From positions 141,896 through 205,895 of the forward strand of contig CAZACP010000001.1 of the NCBI GenBank assembly GCA_964483665.1: a stretch of DNA of 64,000 bases, given 5' to 3'. Positions 20,531 through 28,497 of the stretch are shown here, piece by piece; position 1 is the stretch's first letter, and each line of letters starts with the position of its first letter. The notes beneath the pieces are model-generated. The model saw only the letters and a list, made by a program, of their open reading frames with translations. It had not been told where the DNA came from and made no database searches. Origin of the DNA: an uncultured Candidatus Saccharibacteria bacterium. Lineage in GTDB: Bacteria > Patescibacteriota > Doudnabacteria > UBA920. The position numbers and the translations under genes are program-made.

Positions 20531-21055
20531 TCAAATTTTTCTTGAGTCGTACGCCCAATGTAAAATTGCCTGCCTTTGTTTTGGCCTGCATTTAAAGTCG
20601 CCTGTTTTACAATGCCTCATGACTTGCGCAATATGCCTTTTTATAGCTTTCCAGCGCTTTATTTGCCTTTTGTCGTCTTCGCTCCGTCTGCCCAAATAGT
20701 ACCTGCAGTACCATAAAAACCAGCCGCGCGGATCCTGTTCGTGTAGCCAGCCCTTTTGCTTCCAATACTTAAGCGGCTTGGAGGCGTTAACTCCAAAAAA
20801 ATTTAAATTTTTTTGATGGTTTGCTTCCACTGTTACGTCAGCGTTAACCATTTTGGCTTTTTTAAACCACTCTTTAGGAAATTCTTTTTGACAGTCATAC
20901 AAATATAAGCCCCCAAATACACCTAATTCCAACATTTGTTTGGGAGTTAGCTCGGGTTTGAACTCAGGGTCGAAATTTTTTCCGGTTGGTTCAGTTAAAT
21001 AGTAGGAATAGCCTTTTTGCAGGCTATCGTTAACTTTTATTTTTTTGTACTTCAT
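20531..21055 (-). CDS. conserved-looking hypothetical protein (174 aa), Trp/Tyr-rich, basic
   Basis: Uninterrupted ORF with good codon structure. Motifs ELGVFGGLYLYDC and GWFLWYCRYYLGRR. No family recognised. Confidence 0.5.
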   Translation of the reverse strand: MKYKKIKVNDSLQKGYSYYLTEPTGKNFDPEFKPELTPKQMLELGVFGGLYLYDCQKEFPKEWFKKAKMVNADVTVEANHQKNLNFFGVNASKPLKYWKQKGWLHEQDPRGWFLWYCRYYLGRRSEDDKRQIKRWKAIKRHIAQVMRHCKTGDFKCRPKQRQAILHWAYDSRKI

Positions 21056-21068
21056 ACATTAACTATAT

Positions 21069-21098
21069 CAAAAAATCCCGCCCTTTTTAAGGGGCGGG
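21069..21098 (-). terminator. rho-independent terminator after the cold-shock gene (cccgccc/gggcggg stem + U6)
   Basis: GC-rich 7-bp stem followed on the minus strand by a T-run. Confidence 0.6.
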
Positions 21099-21109
21099 AT
21101 AAAATAGCT

Positions 21110-21307
21110 TTAAGCTTTTTGTACGTTAACAGCGTTAGGACCTTTTGGAGATTCTTCGACTTCAAAAGATACAGTGTCGCCTTCGTTAAGCTCTTCAAAA
21201 GTAACTCCGACTAAAGATTTGCTGTGAAAAAACAAATCTTTGTCCTGGCCGGCTACTGTAATGAAGCCAAAACCTTTGTCGGTTTTTTTCTTAATTACAC
21301 CATTCAT
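21110..21307 (-). CDS. cspA: cold-shock protein (CspA family)
   Basis: KGFGFI RNP1 motif and FFHSKS/VTFE RNP2-region; 65 aa. Confidence 0.9.
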   Translation of the reverse strand: MNGVIKKKTDKGFGFITVAGQDKDLFFHSKSLVGVTFEELNEGDTVSFEVEESPKGPNAVNVQKA

Positions 21308-21455
21308 GGTAGTTTAAATTTAATTGTTTAAGTGCAAAATTTGCACTGCCTATTAAGGCAAAGTGTGTTATGTTAGTGAAATTCGACTAGGTTTGTGACA
21401 TAAATGTTTGCGAACTAAGTATGACACAATTTGGAGGGTTTGTATATAGTGCGGC

Positions 21456-21758
21456 TTAGCCTTCTAAAACTCTTAAACTTAATTTTACCGTGCTGTTTAC
21501 TTTAATGTTTTCTTTTTTTCGAACTTCTGACTTTAAGGGTAGTAAATAAGTTCCGGACTTTTTGTCCGGGAAAATTGAAGTTTTCCAGGTTGTTTTGCCT
21601 ATGGTGGCTAAAACCGGCAAAGAACCCCAGCCTCTTTTTAAATCGCTAAAGAGTTTGTCTATTTCAAAGGCGGTTTTTTTGGACAGGCTAACAAAATGCC
21701 AGGCAGCCATGCCCGGGTAAAGCCAAATTTTTGCTTTTACTTTAAATTCGTTTTTCAA
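21456..21758 (-). CDS. DUF1905-family protein
   Basis: Characteristic ~100-aa sequence (KAKIWLYPGMAAWHFVSL...). Confidence 0.55.
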   Translation of the reverse strand: MKNEFKVKAKIWLYPGMAAWHFVSLSKKTAFEIDKLFSDLKRGWGSLPVLATIGKTTWKTSIFPDKKSGTYLLPLKSEVRKKENIKVNSTVKLSLRVLEG

Positions 21759-21799
21759 AACAAGTTTATGTAAGGAATTAATTACTTACATACAAAAAA

Positions 21800-22099
21800 T
21801 TACTTGTTATATTTTTTCGGCAAACCCCATTGCCAGTGCGGCTTTTCTCCTTTTTTGTAGCAAATTCGTATTAAAGTTGCGGTAAGTAAGACAATAGGCA
21901 AAACAAAAGTAAACATAACTTCCCGGTCGGTAGATTTTTCATCAAGTGTTAAACCAAAAGCCAGTATAAGGATTAGATACACTAAAACCACTGCCCAGCC
22001 TTGCCACTTAACCGGCACCCAGCCCCATCCAAAAATTTTAGCTTTAAACCAATACCCTTGGGGGTTGTCTTTTAAATAATTTAAATAATCTTGAAACAT
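21800..22099 (-). CDS. small membrane protein (99 aa)
   Basis: Three hydrophobic helices; W-rich. Confidence 0.5.
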   Translation of the reverse strand: MFQDYLNYLKDNPQGYWFKAKIFGWGWVPVKWQGWAVVLVYLILILAFGLTLDEKSTDREVMFTFVLPIVLLTATLIRICYKKGEKPHWQWGLPKKYNK

Positions 22100-22178
22100 A
22101 CAACTCGATACTTATTTTTTTATTTATTTTTCGCATTTACTTCTGACTTTAATTCATTGCAAACTATTTGCATTCTGT

Positions 22179-22472
22179 CTAAAATACCTGTTCCGGCAAA
22201 ACTTGGCCGTCATACAAAATACCTGCGCCGTAATGAACGAGCGTCGGAAATTCGTTATATTTTGAAAAGTGTAAAGACCTTAAGCTAATTTGATCGCGTT
22301 TTAATTTTTTTGTTTGCCAATTATCTATTTCTAGCTGCCATAAAGAAAGTGTTCGGTTAATTTCGTACGCATCAAAATATTTCCAACTTTTTAAAATGTT
22401 TTTTGCGTGCTGCCTAGCAATTTCTGCTGCCCCGCCTTCAAAAACCTCAAATTTTTGCGTTTCTCTATTCAT
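22179..22472 (-). CDS. hypothetical protein (97 aa)
   Basis: ORF only. Confidence 0.4.
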   Translation of the reverse strand: MNRETQKFEVFEGGAAEIARQHAKNILKSWKYFDAYEINRTLSLWQLEIDNWQTKKLKRDQISLRSLHFSKYNEFPTLVHYGAGILYDGQVLPEQVF

Positions 22473-22479
22473 ATATTTT

Positions 22480-22944
22480 TTAATTCTCTGGGTCTATTCT
22501 CTCAAATGAAACCAGTAGTTGGGCTTTTTTAGCCGGCTTGCCTTCATTTCCAAATTCGCCGTTTTCTAATTTATATTTGACATCTGTCGTTCTTACCTGC
22601 AAATTTTTACCGGTTCTGTTTGGATCGATGACTGTAAAAATTGTACCAGGCTGGTACCTATCTTTATATAATGCGGTTCCCATTGGGAAATTGATAATTT
22701 TACCTGTACGAACTAATTCTTGATACTTATTGGATTTAGTCGAAACATAAAGTTCATTTGAATCTGGTAATTTTTTATTTTCATTTGAACTTTTAACTCG
22801 AGACGTTTGGGGAGCATAATTATGAAGAGTGGTAATAGTATCAGAAATTCTATTATGCCGTTTAAAATATATAGTTTTTTTAGATGCCTTTATTTCTTCG
22901 TTTCTTATACCGCTGGCAAACGTATCTTTTTTAGATTCACTCAT
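22480..22944 (-). CDS. hypothetical protein (154 aa)
   Basis: ORF only; co-oriented with neighbours. Confidence 0.45.
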   Translation of the reverse strand: MSESKKDTFASGIRNEEIKASKKTIYFKRHNRISDTITTLHNYAPQTSRVKSSNENKKLPDSNELYVSTKSNKYQELVRTGKIINFPMGTALYKDRYQPGTIFTVIDPNRTGKNLQVRTTDVKYKLENGEFGNEGKPAKKAQLLVSFERIDPEN

Positions 22945-22960
22945 ATTTTTATGCTTAATT

Positions 22961-23551
22961 TTATTTAAGCTCTTTAAAATGAGCTCTTATTGCCTTGTTT
23001 ACTCGTGAAGCCCGTATCCTAACCGCTCCTGGGCTCTTTCCTATTAATATGCCGACTTCTTGTGGATTTAGATCGTCTAAATATCGTTTTTTCCAAACCA
23101 ATATATCTTCGTCAGTTAAGCCAGGAAGGATGTTTTTTAATACAATATCCAAATTTTTTTCACGTGATAATTTTTGAATCAATTTTTCTTCTTCGTTCAG
23201 ATTTTTGTTTGGAGCATCTCCCAAAGTGTCTAAAGAGTCGTGTGGTCTATTCTTTTTGCTTTTTATTTTGTTCAAATAATAATTTTTTGCTGTAACCAAT
23301 AACCACCAAAAAATATCATTTGGATTTTTTATCTCGTCACGCTTATTAATTGCTTGGGTTAGAGTAGTTGAAATAATATCTTCAAGGTCAAAAGAGGGCT
23401 GTCCTTTATAGCCTAAGCCTCTTAAATAGCCAAGAAGCGCTGCAGAAATTTCTTTAACCTTTTGTTTGTCTTCTAAATCAATTAATTTAAAAATTTTACG
23501 CTCCCTGGTTGTTTCTATATCATCACTGCCGAATTCAAGATTTTTTCTCAT
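22961..23551 (-). CDS. sigma-70 family (ECF-like) RNA polymerase sigma factor
   Basis: Region-2-like segment and a C-terminal region-4 HTH (EVGILIGKSPGAVRIRASRVNKAIR). Confidence 0.7.
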   Translation of the reverse strand: MRKNLEFGSDDIETTRERKIFKLIDLEDKQKVKEISAALLGYLRGLGYKGQPSFDLEDIISTTLTQAINKRDEIKNPNDIFWWLLVTAKNYYLNKIKSKKNRPHDSLDTLGDAPNKNLNEEEKLIQKLSREKNLDIVLKNILPGLTDEDILVWKKRYLDDLNPQEVGILIGKSPGAVRIRASRVNKAIRAHFKELK

Positions 23552-23677
23552 TATAAGCTAATTTTTTAATTGCATATTTAACATTTACAGTATAGCAAAA
23601 AACCGGCAAATTGCCGATTTTAGGTTTTGCGTTTATAATCTACTTTTAAACGTATCGGCCTAAATTAATTAATAAAT

Positions 23678-23718
23678 AATGTGGGAATTTTGCACATTTG
23701 TACAATTTTCCCACATTA
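23678..23718. promoter_or_regulatory. inverted repeat aatgtgggaa...ttcccacatt (10-bp arms) flanking a ttgtacaa palindrome, upstream of the sigma-factor gene
   Basis: Seen directly in the 315-bp intergenic region upstream of 22961..23551. Confidence 0.35.
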
Positions 23719-23867
23719 TACTTTTTTACACTAATGAGTTTTAAATCGGTAATCAGTTAATAAAATCAAAAATTCAATACAGGCTTTTTCCCATCGTTAT
23801 ATTTGATATAGGTAGTTAATATACGAATAATGGGTCACGCCCTTGTTAACTCTTACGTATGAAAAAA

Positions 23868-24383
23868 TTATATTTTGAGTATAACAAACCCTTCAACAGC
23901 CTTCGGCTTGTTTAGAGAATTTTTAAAAATAAATCCATCCTGTTTGAATTTTTTACCGTCTTCGGTGTAACGTACGCTTTTAAGCTGTTTACGGTCATAA
24001 AGAATTACTAAATCAATTTTGGCAGGTTTTAGTTTCTGTAGTTTTGGGAAATGATAGAATGACCAAAAAAACTGCCACATTATTTTGTTTTTCAGAGTCA
24101 CTGTTCTATCCAGTGCAAAAAAATCTATGCGCTTATTACCTACGTTTTTATAGTTTGTATATTTGACTTCTTGAATATATCTATCTGTTCCGTTTTTGCT
24201 AATAATTTTTATGAGCTCGTTTACGGTTTTGCCTTTATGTTCGTTTGAACTAATACACCTAATTGCAAGTCTCTTACCAAAAAAGTGCTTTTTTAACACA
24301 GCGTCTACGCTCTTCCCCAAAGCCTTATAATCCGGCATTTGTCTTATATTATAATTCGATAAGCTAATTTGACAGATTTTCAT
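23868..24383 (-). CDS. hypothetical protein (171 aa), possibly nuclease-like
   Basis: ORF only, with a weak D...D/E-x-K-like pattern (RIDFFALDRTVTLK). Partner of the HEPN-like gene. Confidence 0.45.
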   Translation of the reverse strand: MKICQISLSNYNIRQMPDYKALGKSVDAVLKKHFFGKRLAIRCISSNEHKGKTVNELIKIISKNGTDRYIQEVKYTNYKNVGNKRIDFFALDRTVTLKNKIMWQFFWSFYHFPKLQKLKPAKIDLVILYDRKQLKSVRYTEDGKKFKQDGFIFKNSLNKPKAVEGFVILKI

Positions 24384-24448
24384 TAGTTATTATTGGGTCA
24401 TGTCCCCATTTCTTTTTGATTGGGATTAATATCCACTTTATCAAGCTC

Positions 24449-24985
24449 TTATTTATAGAGCTTTAGCAATTCTTTCGCGTCTCTAATAGCTTCCTGCTGA
24501 AGTCCTTTTTTTAGTAAAATAAAATCTGTTTGTTTAAACTCAATACTATCTAACTTTATCAAATTTAATAAATAAAACAGGCCGTCCATAAGTTCTCTTA
24601 TCTCCTTTCTTGTAAGGTCAAGTTTTTTGTAAAATTTTTCCGCGTCATTTAAATGTGCATTTGCACTTATGTGCATTAAAAAATTATTTCTCAATTCCTT
24701 TAGCTTCATAACTGTTCCTTTGTAAGGATTCATTTTTAAACCTAACAGGTAATAAATAGAAGCCACTTCTTGATTATCACCCATTTTTATTTCTGTGAGC
24801 TTTGCTAAATGGCTCAAAACCGTATAAGTTAAACTAACTTGAATAGTTTTCCATGTAAAATTATTAGCTTTTAATAATTTTACATTATCATTTTCAGAGA
24901 AAAGAGCCTCTTCCAACTCTAAACACCTGTAAGCTGTCTGCAGTTCGTTAACAAAAGCATTTATAAGGATATCGGGACTATGCAT
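24449..24985 (-). CDS. HEPN-like protein (178 aa) with an Rx4-6H motif (RNNFLMH)
   Basis: All-helical protein carrying the R-x5-H signature typical of HEPN RNase domains. Confidence 0.45.
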   Translation of the reverse strand: MHSPDILINAFVNELQTAYRCLELEEALFSENDNVKLLKANNFTWKTIQVSLTYTVLSHLAKLTEIKMGDNQEVASIYYLLGLKMNPYKGTVMKLKELRNNFLMHISANAHLNDAEKFYKKLDLTRKEIRELMDGLFYLLNLIKLDSIEFKQTDFILLKKGLQQEAIRDAKELLKLYK

Positions 24986-24989
24986 TCTA

Positions 24990-26786
24990 TTATTTTTTTA
25001 ATACGGCTAAGAACGCTTCCTGGGGGATATCTACCTTCCCAATTTTCTTCATTCTCTGCTTACCCTTTTTTTGCTTATTTAAAAGCTTCATTTTTCGAGT
25101 TACATCCCCACCATACAAATATCCTGTAACATCCTTTCTTAAAGCTGAAATGGTTTCCCGAGCTATAATTTTTCCGCCTATGGCTGCCTGAATAGCTATT
25201 TCAAACTGGTGCTTGGGAATTAAAGTTTTTAGCTTTTCAACTAGTTCTTTGCCTTCGGTGGGGGCAGTAGAGCGGTGCATTATGGCTGAAAGTGCGGCTA
25301 CCGGCTCGCTCGCAACTAAAACATCTACTTTAACCAAATCCCCTACTCTTTCTTCTATAAAATCATAGTTTAAGCTGGCATAACCTGAAGACACAGACTT
25401 AAGTTTGTCGTAAAAATCTATAATAATGTTGGAAAGCGGCATTTCAAAAGACATATCTACACGCGTAGCGCCAATATATTTTATGTCCTTGCTTATAGCT
25501 CTTCTTTGATTAGCAATTTCCATTATAGGGCCTATGTATTCGCTGGGCGTTAATATATTTACTAACATCCATGGTTCCCAAATATTTTTTATAACGCTTG
25601 GGTCAGGCATTTCCGCCGGGTTGTGAATGTAAAATTCTTTGCCATCGGTTTTTTCTATGCGGTACGCTACCGAAGGTGCTGTTAAAATAAGGTCTAGGTT
25701 ATATTCGCGCGTAAGGCGTTCCTGCACAATATCCATATGCAAAAGGCCTAAAAACCCGGTCCTAAAACCAAAGCCTATGCTCGGAATATTTATAGGTTCA
25801 AATTCTAAAGCAGCATCGCTTAACTTTAACTTGCCCATACCTTCTCTAAGTATTGGGTAATCGTCCCCGCTGACCGGAAAAATGGTTGCGTAAACCATTG
25901 GCTTTACGTGTTTGTAGCCAGGAAGAGGCTTAGCAGTTTGCCTGCCTTCAAAAAGAGTTATTGTGTCGCCTACCCGGGCTTTAGAAACATCCCTAAGACC
26001 TGTAACTATATAACCAACCTCTCCGGTTAAAATTTCCCCGCCCCGTTCCATTTTTGGTTTAAAATAACCAATTTCAAGGCTCTCGCTTTCCGTGTCGCTG
26101 CCCATCATATAAATTTTTTCCCGCGGAAAAATTTCGCCGTCAAAAACGCGGACATATGCTACCACGCCGCGGTGAATGTCGTAAATTGAGTCAAAAATTA
26201 AAGCAGTAACCGGTTTGGTAGGGTCGCCTTTAGGGGGCGGAACTTTTTTTATAACTTCTTTTATTATGTCTTCCACGCCTTCGCCGGTTTTGCCGCTGGC
26301 GTATAAAATTTCTTCGTCCGTAAAACCAAACGCAGCCTTTAATTCTTCCGCGGTTTTTTGTCGGTCGGAATTTGGCAAGTCTATTTTGTTGACCACCGGA
26401 ATTATTGTTAGGTCGTGTTCGAGTGCTAAATACACATTGGCCAAAGTTTGCGCCTCAATGCCTTGGGTTGAATCTACTACTAAAATCGCGCCTTCGCAGC
26501 AGGCTAACGAACGACTGACCTCGTAAGTAAAATCAACATGGCCGGGGGTGTCTATTAAATTTAAAACATAATCATTGTCGCCAAGTTTGTAATTCATCCT
26601 TACAGGCTGAAGTTTTATGGTAATTCCACGTTCTCTTTCCAGGTCCATTTGGTCTAACAACTGGGCTTTCATGTCGCGCTGCTGCACGGTTTTAGTAATT
26701 TCCAAAAGCCGGTCCGCGAGCGTGGATTTGCCGTGGTCAATATGAGCTATTATACAAAAATTGCGTATGTTATTTTGTTCTGACAT
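24990..26786 (-). CDS. lepA: elongation factor 4 (LepA)
   Basis: GTPase motifs (AHIDHGKST, DTPGHVDF, NKID) and the LepA-specific C-terminal domain. Confidence 0.97.
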   Translation of the reverse strand: MSEQNNIRNFCIIAHIDHGKSTLADRLLEITKTVQQRDMKAQLLDQMDLERERGITIKLQPVRMNYKLGDNDYVLNLIDTPGHVDFTYEVSRSLACCEGAILVVDSTQGIEAQTLANVYLALEHDLTIIPVVNKIDLPNSDRQKTAEELKAAFGFTDEEILYASGKTGEGVEDIIKEVIKKVPPPKGDPTKPVTALIFDSIYDIHRGVVAYVRVFDGEIFPREKIYMMGSDTESESLEIGYFKPKMERGGEILTGEVGYIVTGLRDVSKARVGDTITLFEGRQTAKPLPGYKHVKPMVYATIFPVSGDDYPILREGMGKLKLSDAALEFEPINIPSIGFGFRTGFLGLLHMDIVQERLTREYNLDLILTAPSVAYRIEKTDGKEFYIHNPAEMPDPSVIKNIWEPWMLVNILTPSEYIGPIMEIANQRRAISKDIKYIGATRVDMSFEMPLSNIIIDFYDKLKSVSSGYASLNYDFIEERVGDLVKVDVLVASEPVAALSAIMHRSTAPTEGKELVEKLKTLIPKHQFEIAIQAAIGGKIIARETISALRKDVTGYLYGGDVTRKMKLLNKQKKGKQRMKKIGKVDIPQEAFLAVLKK

Positions 26787-26862
26787 AGGGCTATTTTAAC
26801 ATAAAAAGGCTTTATAAATAAAGCCCGGTAAGATCTTCGAATCTAAAATTTTCCTGTTAACA

Positions 26863-28449
26863 CTATTTTCTAAAAATGTTTAATATATTTTTAGACTCTG
26901 GAAGCTTTAATACAGATGTCAAAGCAACATAACTTACTACGCCCAAAAAACCGGAAAGGCCGGATTGAATTAGTATGCCAATAAAGGTCTGTGTGTTTAC
27001 CAAGGGCTCAAAAATTCTTAAGGCAATATAGCTGACCCCGCCTGAAACCATAGCGGACAAAAAAACTTTTAAAAAATTGTCCCAAAGCGAGTTTTCCGCT
27101 GCGCTTATAAGCGCTTTGCCGCATTCTTTTATTAAATTTCTTCGTAGGACTACAAGCAAAAACCCGGCGTTAAAAAAGCTGGCTACAACAAAACTTATAA
27201 CTAAGCCTTCGGCCTTTAGGTATTTAAATAAAAATATCGACAGTAAGACGTTTAAACCAATTGACCATAGGTTAGCTATAACCGGGACCTTGGTATTATG
27301 TCGGGAGTAAAAAGCTCTGGAAAATAAAGTGGTTAAACTTTGGCTAAGAAGCGACACGCTAAAAATTCCCAAAAAAGTTAGGGTTGTGATGGTGTTTTCC
27401 CAAGTAAAATTGCCCGAGCCTAAAATCAAACGTACAATAAACGCTCTAAAAACTATCATAAAGACTGTTACGGGTACCATCAAATAAATTATTTGCCTTA
27501 TGGTATTTTGTAGGCTTTTTACAAAAGACGGCTCGTCGTTTTTTGCGTACTCTTCGCTAAGGACAGGAAAAATAGCCGAAGCGAGGGCGTAAGCGAAAAT
27601 TCCGACCGGGACTGACTGTAAATTAAACGACTGGTTAATTGCGGTAATTGAGCCGGAAAGGGCTTTGGAGGCCAAAATTGTGCTAAGTATGAGGGTTACG
27701 TTAGCAAGGTCAAAAGTTAAAATCCGCGGAGTGTACAGCTTAAGCATATGCATAAAGACAGGGGTTTTAAAATGCGGATTCCATTGCCATTTAAAACCCG
27801 AAGCCAGTATGCCGGCCAGCTGAATTAAAAGCTGCGCTAATCCGCCTAGCAATACCCCATAACCAAGTCCCATAATGCCAAACTTTGGGTATAAAAAAAC
27901 AATGCCCGCAATTATGCCAAGGTTGTAAAGCAGCGGAGCAAAACTGGTAATTAGAAATTTTTTGTGGGCGTTAAGCACGCCGCCAAAAACGGTTGAAGCG
28001 GCAAAAATTATTGGCGTAATTAAAAACAGCCTGGTAAGCTGTAGCGTGCTAAAAAATTGTTCACCGGAAAAACCCGGAACTAAAAGTTGGGTTAAGGGCC
28101 TAGAAAAAATTAGCAGTAAAAGACACACAAGCGAAATAAAAATTAACGCAGCATCTAAGGTGGTATTTGCAAAAGCGTTCGCGCTAGCCGGGTCTTTGGT
28201 TTTTTCTTTTGAAAAAACAGGCAAAAAAGCCACGGAAAGAGTGCTTAATACAAAAAGGTTGGTTACAAAATCAGGCACCCTAAAAGCCGCAAAGTAACTG
28301 TCAGAAATTTGTCCTTGTCCGAAAGCAGCTGCAAAAAGCCTTTCTCTAAAAAGGGCGGAAATTTTAGTTGCAAGTGTAAATAAGCCAATTATAGTAGCAG
28401 CTCTTGCGACTGTGAATTCAGAGTCCCAAAATTTTAATCTTCTAATCAT
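26863..28449 (-). CDS. murJ: lipid II flippase MurJ/MviN
   Basis: 14-TM MOP-family protein with the conserved N-terminal region (AAFGQGQISDSYFAAFRVPDFVTNLF). Confidence 0.85.
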   Translation of the reverse strand: MIRRLKFWDSEFTVARAATIIGLFTLATKISALFRERLFAAAFGQGQISDSYFAAFRVPDFVTNLFVLSTLSVAFLPVFSKEKTKDPASANAFANTTLDAALIFISLVCLLLLIFSRPLTQLLVPGFSGEQFFSTLQLTRLFLITPIIFAASTVFGGVLNAHKKFLITSFAPLLYNLGIIAGIVFLYPKFGIMGLGYGVLLGGLAQLLIQLAGILASGFKWQWNPHFKTPVFMHMLKLYTPRILTFDLANVTLILSTILASKALSGSITAINQSFNLQSVPVGIFAYALASAIFPVLSEEYAKNDEPSFVKSLQNTIRQIIYLMVPVTVFMIVFRAFIVRLILGSGNFTWENTITTLTFLGIFSVSLLSQSLTTLFSRAFYSRHNTKVPVIANLWSIGLNVLLSIFLFKYLKAEGLVISFVVASFFNAGFLLVVLRRNLIKECGKALISAAENSLWDNFLKVFLSAMVSGGVSYIALRIFEPLVNTQTFIGILIQSGLSGFLGVVSYVALTSVLKLPESKNILNIFRK

Positions 28450-28497
28450 AATTTTTTTCCCACATTCTTGTCAATCTTTTAATTCTTGTCATTCGTG

